Shown one piece after another: positions 8,683-14,600 of a stretch of 24,000 bases of DNA. A program made the translations under genes and the position numbers. The DNA comes from Modicisalibacter ilicicola DSM 19980. Lineage in GTDB: Bacteria > Pseudomonadota > Gammaproteobacteria > Pseudomonadales > Halomonadaceae. Each line of letters starts with the position of its first letter. The stretch's first letter is position 1. The stretch is taken from positions 1 through 24,000 of the forward strand of contig NZ_FQUJ01000011.1 in NCBI RefSeq assembly GCF_900128925.1, in the 5' to 3' direction. Under the pieces are notes generated by a model that searched no databases, had not been told where the DNA came from, and saw only the letters and a list, made by a program, of their open reading frames with translations.

Positions 8683-8940
8683 TCAATGCATAAGCTCGCG
8701 CTCGAGTTTCTCGAACTGCTGTTTGTCGAGCTCTCCCCGGGCATAGCGCTCGCGCAGGATTTCAAGCTGAGAGGAACGTTGAAGAACGTCGGCATCCTCG
8801 GCGATGTCGCGGCTCCGTCTCAGCACCAACAGGATGACCAAGGCGATGAACCCCGCCAAGAAGAGAAACATCATGAGCCCACCGAAGAGCATATGACCCC
8901 AGTCGTACACTCTCATATACGACCTCATGCTTTCCCACAT
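8683..8940 (-). CDS. SHOCT-domain small membrane protein
   Basis: 85-aa version starting at ATG 8940, with AAGGAG 8 nt upstream (8949-8954). One TM ('MLFGGLMMFLFLAGFIALVILLVL') plus a C-terminal 'LEILRERYARGELDKQQFEKLEREL' SHOCT motif. The longer track ORF (to 9093) adds an implausible N-terminus without an RBS. Confidence 0.75.
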   Translation of the reverse strand: MWESMRSYMRVYDWGHMLFGGLMMFLFLAGFIALVILLVLRRSRDIAEDADVLQRSSQLEILRERYARGELDKQQFEKLERELMH

Positions 8941-9097
8941 GGCGTGAACTCCTTGGTATTGAGCTTGATTGATGGCGATAACGTGGTATATCGACATCAC
9001 CTCAAGGCTAAAACCTATGGGTAACCCAAGGGGCAAGGCCAAAAAGAGACAATGTCCGCTTTTCTTGATCCTTGTCGGCTTCAGGGTATGCAAGAAA

Positions 9098-9115
9098 GCT
9101 GAATCAATGCTGAAT
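9098..9115 (-). promoter_or_regulatory. Direct-repeat box 1 (ATTCAG-CATTG-ATTCAG, read on the minus strand); candidate response-regulator operator upstream of the SHOCT-ATPase operon
   Basis: Plus strand GCTGAATcaatGCTGAAT gives two 7-bp repeats with 11-bp periodicity. It lies 157 nt upstream of the SHOCT ATG and has the same orientation as the operon. It matches the boxes at 9786-9802 and 19742-19758. Confidence 0.45.
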
Positions 9116-9186
9116 ACCGTTCACGAAGAGCGAACCGCGGGGGCTTGCCCTCTTTGCAAGGGCTGATGCGATACCGGGCTATCGAT

Positions 9187-9205
9187 CAACTTTATCCTCG
9201 ATCCC
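9187..9205 (+). repeat. Left copy of an imperfect direct repeat flanking the cytochrome c gene (CAACTTTATCCTCGATCCC)
   Basis: Shares CAA-TTTA-CTCGATCCC with 9708-9725. The 9-mer CTCGATCCC is identical in both copies. Confidence 0.5.
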
Positions 9206-9274
9206 GGCAGTGGTATTTTCACTTCCGCTGTACCAAGATGCCTGTCGATTGATAAGCGAGAGGGACGCAATACG

Positions 9275-9697
9275 ATGCGAACCAAAAGGGTGTTAGCCTT
9301 TTCCCTTCTACTTCTTGTGGTGAGTGGTTGTGGCGAGGAAACCGTCGAGGGAAGGTGGTATACCCAGTCTCAGGTCGACCGGGGCAAGACGGTTTTCTTG
9401 GAAAACTGTGCTGAATGCCATGGTAGGAGTGCGCAAGGAAGAACCTCGAATTGGCGAGAGCCCCAGGCCGATGGTGCCTACCCGCCCCCGCCCCTCAACG
9501 GTTCCGCTCATGCCTGGCATCATTCCTTCGACATGCTGATGCGTACCATCAATCAGGGCGGTGCTGCCATTGGTGGGCAAATGCCGGGGTTCGAAGATCA
9601 ACTCTCCGAGGACGATAAAGAGGCCTCTATCGCTTACTTCCAGAGCCAGTGGGACCAGCGAATCTACGAAGCCTGGCTAGACCGGGGCGGGCTTTAG
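9275..9697 (+). CDS. Lipoprotein c-type cytochrome (class I, mono-haem)
   Basis: 140 aa. Signal peptide with lipobox 'LVVSGC', haem motif 'CAECH', and distal 'GGQMPGF' (Met ligand region). GAGAGGGA lies upstream of ATG 9275. Confidence 0.88.
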   Translation: MRTKRVLAFSLLLLVVSGCGEETVEGRWYTQSQVDRGKTVFLENCAECHGRSAQGRTSNWREPQADGAYPPPPLNGSAHAWHHSFDMLMRTINQGGAAIGGQMPGFEDQLSEDDKEASIAYFQSQWDQRIYEAWLDRGGL

Positions 9698-9707
9698 CCT
9701 TTCTAGG

Positions 9708-9725
9708 CAATTTACTCTCGATCCC
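9708..9725 (+). repeat. Right copy of the direct repeat flanking the cytochrome c gene (CAATTTACTCTCGATCCC)
   Basis: Begins 11 nt after the cytochrome c stop. See 9187-9205. Confidence 0.5.
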
Positions 9726-9785
9726 AATGATGTTAGATAACGATATCGACATGAGCTTGATCAAAATCAATGTTCAGCGAACTCT

Positions 9786-9802
9786 TTTCAGCTTCTATTC
9801 AG
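9786..9802 (+). promoter_or_regulatory. Direct-repeat box 2 (TTTCAG-CTTCT-ATTCAG); candidate response-regulator operator upstream of the Met/Gln-rich protein gene
   Basis: Identical at 15 of 17 positions to box 3 (TTTCAGCTTATTTTCAG). Same orientation as the downstream gene. An A/T-rich -10-like TAAATT lies about 10 nt downstream. It is 187 nt upstream of ATG 9990. Confidence 0.5.
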
Positions 9803-9989
9803 AATAGTGGAATAAATTAAGATCGTTTAGCTATAAAGGCATTCGTGTCCGATAGTGTTTGCACCGTATTCAAGCAAGTGCGCGGCACGGAAGCCTTGGA
9901 AGTTCGGCGCTTCTCGTTACTGCCGAACGCTACCGGGGCGTGCCGGAAATATGTTCGTCACGCTCCAATCCAATGCAAAGGAGAGTGTC

Positions 9990-10418
9990 ATGAAAAAGCT
10001 CGTATTCACTGGTGTTATGGCAACCCTGCTTGCTCTTCCACTGGCTCATGCCGAACAAGGCAATCACTCTGGCCAGAACGTCTCAGGCTCAGGAATGGGT
10101 CAAGGCATGGGAATGATGAACCAGGGTGACATGCAGCAGCGTATGCAGTCGATGCAAGGCACGATGCAGAAATTCCGCAACACCCAGGATCCGCAGCAAC
10201 GCCGGCAACTGATGCAAGAGCACATGGAGCAAATGCAGCAGATGCATCAGTCCATGGGCGGCATGATGAATGGCGGCATGGGCCAGAAAATGCAGAATAT
10301 GGACCCCGAGCAGCGTCAGGAGATGATGCAGCAGCGCATGGACATGATGCAGGGCATGCAGCAGCAGATGATGGAGCACATGCAGGCCCAGCAGGACATG
10401 CAGGATGATAGCGAATAA
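9990..10418 (+). CDS. Secreted Met/Gln-rich low-complexity protein (putative periplasmic Cu(I)/Ag(I)-binding protein; no family recognised)
   Basis: 142 aa from ATG 9990, with AAGGAGAG 5 nt upstream. Signal peptide 'MKKLVFTGVMATLLALPLAHA|EQ'. The 121-aa mature part has 28 Met and 32 Gln by my count. Two internal repeats are centred on 'DPQQRRQLMQEHMEQMQ' and 'DPEQRQEMMQQRMDMMQ'. A hairpin plus T-tract follows the stop. Confidence 0.8.
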   Translation: MKKLVFTGVMATLLALPLAHAEQGNHSGQNVSGSGMGQGMGMMNQGDMQQRMQSMQGTMQKFRNTQDPQQRRQLMQEHMEQMQQMHQSMGGMMNGGMGQKMQNMDPEQRQEMMQQRMDMMQGMQQQMMEHMQAQQDMQDDSE

Positions 10419-10435
10419 CCCTAACCCACTTGGAT

Positions 10436-10471
10436 GACGCCTCGGTGACAACACCGGGGTGTTTCTTCGTT
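10436..10471 (+). terminator. Rho-independent terminator after the Met/Gln-rich gene (between convergent genes)
   Basis: Stem CCTCGGTG / CACCGGGG (10440-10447 and 10452-10459, one G-U pair) with loop ACAA. It is extendable by flanking pairs and followed by TGTTTCTTCGTT. Confidence 0.6.
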
Positions 10472-10473
10472 GG

Positions 10474-11202
10474 TCATCTCAACCCCAGCCATTGCTTCAT
10501 AGCCCTTCGATAGCGGGAAGGTGCCATCTTCCAGGCCACGGGTAGCAGGGTGATCCCGCCGAGAGCAAGCACCGTCAGACCTACGCGTTGCAAATCGCCA
10601 GAAGCAAGTTCGTCACCGAAGTGAGCCAGCAGAAAGCTCGCCGGCAGGATGCCCAACAAGGTCGCGATGGCAAAACGCCACAGCTTGAGCGGTGTGAGAC
10701 CGACGGCATAGCTGACGAGATCGAAGGAGAGAAAGGGCATCAGGCGAGTGGCAAAGACGACCATCATCAAGGCATTTTGCGAGGTCACGAAGCGGTGCAG
10801 GAAGCCGGTGGACAGGCGTGTACCTAGCCACGCCTTGAGCGCATCGTGGCCGATGAGGCGGGCGATGGTGAAGGCGATCAGTGCACCGGCCTCGGAGCCG
10901 ATGGCCACATAAAGCGTGCCCCAGGTGTGGCCATAGACTGCGCCGGAGGCCAGGGCGATCGGTGCGCTGGGGATCGGGCTCATGACGATGGCCAGTGTCA
11001 TGAGCCCGATGACCAAGGCCGGGCCGTAGGGCCCCAGCCGCTTCACTGCCTCTTCGAGGCCCTTGCCATCTCGCAATACTTCCAACACGCCCATGTACCA
11101 TAATACAAGCGCCGTCACGAGAAAGATGGCCAGTATCGCCATTCCCAGTAGCACTCGCTGCCTGTGCGAACGGGAAGAGGGCTCTCTGCTACCGAGAGGC
11201 AT
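10474..11202 (-). CDS. TVP38/TMEM64 (DedA-related, SNARE-associated) family membrane protein
   Basis: 242-aa polytopic protein. 'SPIPSAPIALASGAVYGHTWGTLYVAIGSEAGALIAFTIARLIG' is typical of the family. The start is uncertain: ATG 11202 has no clear RBS, and ATG 11142 is an alternative. Confidence 0.78.
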   Translation of the reverse strand: MPLGSREPSSRSHRQRVLLGMAILAIFLVTALVLWYMGVLEVLRDGKGLEEAVKRLGPYGPALVIGLMTLAIVMSPIPSAPIALASGAVYGHTWGTLYVAIGSEAGALIAFTIARLIGHDALKAWLGTRLSTGFLHRFVTSQNALMMVVFATRLMPFLSFDLVSYAVGLTPLKLWRFAIATLLGILPASFLLAHFGDELASGDLQRVGLTVLALGGITLLPVAWKMAPSRYRRAMKQWLGLR

Positions 11203-11261
11203 CGACGCTACTCATTGCAATCCCATATGACGGTAGCAGAAGGAAGCGGGTATTCAAGCGC

Positions 11262-12071
11262 TCAGTACCAGGCCCGCAACCCCACCACGAAAGCCGTCGA
11301 GGAGGTGGGCTTGCCCATTTCCTCGGCGATGTCCTTGGTTTCGCCATACTTCTGGTTCCAGCGAACGCCGATGTAGGGTGCGAACTCCCGGCGAATCTCG
11401 TAGCGCAATCGCAGGCCCATTTCCGTGCTGGTGATACCACTGCCAAGGTCGTAGTCGGGCTCGTCCTGGGCCGAGGCCTTGACCGACACCCGTGGCATCA
11501 AAACCAGACGCTGGGTGAGCAGCAGGTTGTACTCGAACTCGGCACTGGCGCTGACGTCACCATCCTCACTGACGTAGGCTTCCATATCTGTTGCGAACCA
11601 GTAGGGCGCCAGCCCTTGGAGCGCCACCATCAGAAACCCACGATCAGGGTTGGGGTTGGTGTCGTAACGTATCCCGCCCTGTAGGTGGAAGTACGGCCAT
11701 ATCTTGTGCGCGTAGGTCGCATCGAACTGGCTGGCGCTGATGGCGCCATCACCCACCGGCCCCTCTCCCTCGGTTTCCCACCAGAACTTGTTGTAGTCGC
11801 CGCCGATCCAGCCCTGGGCATCCCACAGGTAGGTTTGCCCTTCCTCGCTGTCACCGTATTCCAGGCGGTCGATCATCGAGAACGCATAGATTGCGTCGTC
11901 CTTGGTCGGCTTTGCCTTCCAACCCAACGGTGCACCGCTCGAGGGCTCGATCGGCCCTTCCGGCACCACGCTGTCCAGGCTCGCTTTGCCATGGGAATCG
12001 GCCTGTACAGTGCTAACCAGGCCCAAGCCGGCGAAGAGTAGTAGAGGGGTCATCCATGATTGCTTAGGCAT
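11262..12071 (-). CDS. copB: Copper resistance protein B (CopB/PcoB outer-membrane protein), copy 1
   Basis: 269 aa. Signal peptide, then 'DRLEYGDSEEGQTYLWDAQGWIGGDYNKFWWETEGEG', and a C-terminal aromatic residue '...GLRAWY'. ATG 12071 overlaps the copA1 TAA by 8 nt, with GGGAG upstream. Paralogous to 17114-17881. Confidence 0.9.
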   Translation of the reverse strand: MPKQSWMTPLLLFAGLGLVSTVQADSHGKASLDSVVPEGPIEPSSGAPLGWKAKPTKDDAIYAFSMIDRLEYGDSEEGQTYLWDAQGWIGGDYNKFWWETEGEGPVGDGAISASQFDATYAHKIWPYFHLQGGIRYDTNPNPDRGFLMVALQGLAPYWFATDMEAYVSEDGDVSASAEFEYNLLLTQRLVLMPRVSVKASAQDEPDYDLGSGITSTEMGLRLRYEIRREFAPYIGVRWNQKYGETKDIAEEMGKPTSSTAFVVGLRAWY

Positions 12072-13857
12072 TGTCGGCTCCCGGCAAGTTGCTGACGCGC
12101 ACTACACGGAACATGCCGCGTTCGAAGTGGTAAAGGAAATGGCAATGAAAGGCCCAGCGCCCCGGTTCGACGGCGCTGATCAGCAAGGAGACACGCGACC
12201 CCGCCCTGACGCTGATGGTATGTTTCTTGGGCAGGTATTCGCCCTGGCCGTTCTCGAGCTCCATGAACATCCCGTGCAGGTGAATGGGGTGCTCCATCAT
12301 GGTGTCGTTGACCATGATCAGGCGTACCCGCTCACCATAGGGAAAGTCGATCACCTCGGAATCCGAGTATTCCACGCCATCGAAGGACCACATGTAGCTG
12401 CTCATGTTGCCGGTGAGATGCACCTCTACGGTGTGCGTCGGCTCGCGCTTGTCGGTCATCGCTTCGATGTTGCGCAATTGGCTGTAGGTCAATACCCGAT
12501 GCTCGACATCCTCGAGCCCGGTGCCCCGCTCGCCGAGACGATTGCGTTGCACCTTGGCAATGGTGGCATTGCCCGCGCCATGGCGATCCGGGCCGTGCTG
12601 GGCAACCACTGGTCCGGCGGCTTCCTTGATGGCGACGCTATCACCTTCCAGGCGGGTATTGGGCTTTTTACCCGGCCCCATGGTCAGCATGTCGCGCTTC
12701 ATGCCCATGTCGACCAGGGTTCGCTGGGGCTGGGCGCGCAGTTCGGGCACGGCGGCGGCCATGCCCATGCGTGGGGCCAAGGTGCCGCGCGCATAGCCGC
12801 TGCGGTCCATGGATTCCGCCATCAGGGTGTAGGCGGTATCCGCCCGAGGTTCGACGACAACGTCGTAGGTCTCGGCCACGCCGATCTGGAACTCGTCGGT
12901 CTCCACCGGTTCGACAGCCTGGCCATCGGTGGATACCACGGTCAACGGCAAGCCCGGAATGCGGAAGTTGAAATAGCTCATCGATGAGCCATTGATTACC
13001 CGCAGGCGCACCCGTTCCCCGGGCCGAAACAATGCGGTCCAGTTGGCCTCCGGATGCAACCCGTTCATCAGATAGGTATAGGTGTGACTGGTGACATCGG
13101 CGATGCCCCGTGGGTTCATGCGCATGCCGCCCCAGGCCTCCCGGTCCTTCAGGGTCTTCGCCCACCCCGAGCGCGCCACGTCCTCCACGAGATCTTCCAT
13201 GGTGCGCTTGCTGAAGTTGTAATAGCCGTTCATCTTCTTGAGCTGGGCCAGCACGCGCCCCGGTTCCTCGAAGGTCCAGTCGTTGAGCATGACGACATAG
13301 TCACGATCGAACTTGATAGGGTCAGGCTCGGCGGGATGAATGACCATAGGACCGGTCTGGCCGATCTGCTCCTGGAACCCGGTATGACTGTGGTACCAGT
13401 AGGTGCCATGCTGGCGCACGGGGAAACGGGCCTCGAAACTGTCCCCCGGTGCGATCCCGGGAAACGCCACACCCGGCACCCCATCCATCTGGAAAGGCAG
13501 CAGGATGCCGTGCCAGTGAATCGAGGTGGATTCGTCCATCAGGTTGTGCACCCGCAGCCGGGCTTCATGCCCTTCCCAGAGCTCGAGCAAGGGTCCGGGA
13601 ATCGAGTGATTGACGGTAATGGCGGAGGGTGCATGACCACCCGCGATACCGATGCCTTCGCGGCGTATGTAGAAGTCTTGAGTGACCGAGCGTGGCTTGC
13701 CACCGGCCACCTGGGCGGCACCGGCAAGATGCCGTTCGGCCCCTGAGCCTGCCCGGGCATAGGCGGGCAACAACCCTTCCAAACCGGCCAGCAGACCCGT
13801 AGCCGCCATGGCCTTCAGCAGCCGTCGGCGTTCTGCATCATGGTACGTATCGGACAT
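12064..13857 (-). CDS. copA: Copper-resistance multicopper oxidase (CopA/PcoA type), copy 1, without Met-rich repeat region
   Basis: 597 aa. Tat signal 'ERRRLLKAMAATGLLAG'. Copper-ligand motifs 'SIHWHG', 'WYHSH', 'HPIHLHG', 'HCHFLYHFERGM'. GGAGG RBS. Confidence 0.93.
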   Translation of the reverse strand: MSDTYHDAERRRLLKAMAATGLLAGLEGLLPAYARAGSGAERHLAGAAQVAGGKPRSVTQDFYIRREGIGIAGGHAPSAITVNHSIPGPLLELWEGHEARLRVHNLMDESTSIHWHGILLPFQMDGVPGVAFPGIAPGDSFEARFPVRQHGTYWYHSHTGFQEQIGQTGPMVIHPAEPDPIKFDRDYVVMLNDWTFEEPGRVLAQLKKMNGYYNFSKRTMEDLVEDVARSGWAKTLKDREAWGGMRMNPRGIADVTSHTYTYLMNGLHPEANWTALFRPGERVRLRVINGSSMSYFNFRIPGLPLTVVSTDGQAVEPVETDEFQIGVAETYDVVVEPRADTAYTLMAESMDRSGYARGTLAPRMGMAAAVPELRAQPQRTLVDMGMKRDMLTMGPGKKPNTRLEGDSVAIKEAAGPVVAQHGPDRHGAGNATIAKVQRNRLGERGTGLEDVEHRVLTYSQLRNIEAMTDKREPTHTVEVHLTGNMSSYMWSFDGVEYSDSEVIDFPYGERVRLIMVNDTMMEHPIHLHGMFMELENGQGEYLPKKHTISVRAGSRVSLLISAVEPGRWAFHCHFLYHFERGMFRVVRVSNLPGADNA

Positions 13858-13890
13858 ATCACAACCTCCCTCCCTGGATTCGTTGGAATG

Positions 13891-13907
13891 GTGAAATCAT
13901 TCTGTCA
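13891..13907 (-). promoter_or_regulatory. Degenerate copy of the direct-repeat box (TGACAG-AATGA-TTTCAC, read on the minus strand) upstream of copA1
   Basis: Same 11-bp periodicity. The promoter-proximal half-site TTTCACC matches TTTCAGC at 6 of 7 positions; the distal half is poor and overlaps a TTGACA -35-like hexamer. It lies 33 nt upstream of ATG 13857. A TAGACTTC x2.25 tandem sits immediately upstream at 13910-13927. Confidence 0.3.
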
Positions 13908-14037
13908 AATAGACTTCTAGACTTCTATCGTGGTGAAGAACTTCCCTCCTGAAGGCTATACAAGTCTTGCCACACACCTGGCAGGGCGATTCTTTATACG
14001 CTGAACCACCCTGGCATTGGCCTGTGATCTCGACGCG

Positions 14038-14394
14038 TTACTGCCGAGAAATCTCGGTAATGGTGATGTCATTGCCGGACTTCTTGACCTCGAAGCGGAC
14101 CTCGTCACCTACGGAAAGCTCCTTCATCGAGGCACTGTCGGCCAGCTTGAACGGCATGGTCATCCCCGGCCAGCCTAACGATTCGATCGGGCCATGGGTC
14201 AGGGTAATCTGCTGCTTCTCCGTATCCAGGGCCTTGACGGTACCCTGCCCTTGCGCCGTTTGTGCGTTCGCCGACTGGTGCATTTCCGAGCCGTGCTTCT
14301 GATCGTCATGGTTGGTCTCGGCGCTGGCAGGCAGTGTCATGAAAGCAACCGACAACGCGGCAGTAGTCAACATATAGCGAATAGCGTTGGTCAT
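14038..14394 (-). CDS. cusF: CusF-family periplasmic Cu(I)/Ag(I)-binding protein
   Basis: 118 aa from ATG 14394 (GAGGAA upstream). Signal peptide 'LPASA|ET'. 'ITLTHGPIESLGWPGMTMPFKL' conserves the CusF His, Trp and Met-x-Met ligands. The longer track ORF (to 14628) reads through the MITE and is not credible. Confidence 0.88.
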   Translation of the reverse strand: MTNAIRYMLTTAALSVAFMTLPASAETNHDDQKHGSEMHQSANAQTAQGQGTVKALDTEKQQITLTHGPIESLGWPGMTMPFKLADSASMKELSVGDEVRFEVKKSGNDITITEISRQ

Positions 14395-14463
14395 CTCGAT
14401 TTCCTCGTTTCGGTAGTGGTGTCGTACAACGGGTTCAACATTTATTCGATGTTTCTCTAACAG

Positions 14464-14598
14464 GGTGTTTACAAAACAGTCGAACGAAGGCAAGACAAGG
14501 CGAAATTGAACGAGAAAGCGCAGTTTACGTGGTGTAAATGAGCATTTTGAGGTCAATTTCAACGCTGTATTGCCAAGTGCAGGCCTTTTGTAAACACC
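14464..14598. mobile_element. MITE-like non-autonomous element (135 bp; 13-14-bp perfect terminal inverted repeats; 9-bp target-site duplication CTCTAACAG)
   Basis: Left end GGTGTTTACAAAA (14464-14476). Right end TTTTGTAAACACC (14586-14598). Flanking direct repeat CTCTAACAG at 14455-14463 and 14599-14607. The element has 59 G+C in 135 nt (44%) against much higher-GC flanks, and no ORF. Boundaries are ambiguous by 1-2 nt because flanking G/C could belong to either the TIR or the TSD. Confidence 0.65.
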
Positions 14599-14600
14599 CT

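Noticed and set aside
8666-8686. A perfect 8-bp-stem hairpin, TTGATTGC-atcaa-GCAATCAA, overlapping the SHOCT stop. I considered it as a terminator between the SHOCT and ATPase genes.
   Set aside because: On the transcribed (minus) strand it is followed by an A-rich tract, not a U-rich one, and the ATPase RBS follows within 30 nt. It is more likely a neutral or stabilising structure, and I cannot support a terminator call.
8969-9166. A 65-aa plus-strand ORF ending in '...VHEERTAGACPLCKG', reminiscent of the ATPase '[19 protein letters not shown]' motif. It might be a relic of a small metal-binding domain.
   Set aside because: Only a 6-residue identity. The first Cys pair of the domain is missing and DNA similarity is weak (about 12/18). 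There is no RBS, and the ORF lies in a divergent promoter region. It is most likely chance, and only a profile search could revive it.
9094-9274. I searched for a MerR/CueR-type operator (a dyad within a 19-20-bp spacer promoter) in the ATPase/cytochrome divergent region. The small dyad GCTTGCcctctttGCAAG / GCCCT...AGGGC near 9143-9166 was the candidate.
   Set aside because: The stems are only 5 bp. The flanking hexamers do not make a convincing -35/-10 pair with a long spacer. No MerR-family regulator gene is present in the window.
10089-10454. A His/Leu-rich 121-aa ORF on the minus strand opposite the Met/Gln-rich gene. It could superficially look like a metal-binding His-rich protein.
   Set aside because: It is the mirror image of ATG/CAG-rich coding sequence (CAT/CTG). 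It has no RBS or signal peptide. The plus-strand ORF has an AAGGAG RBS, a Sec signal peptide and a terminator.
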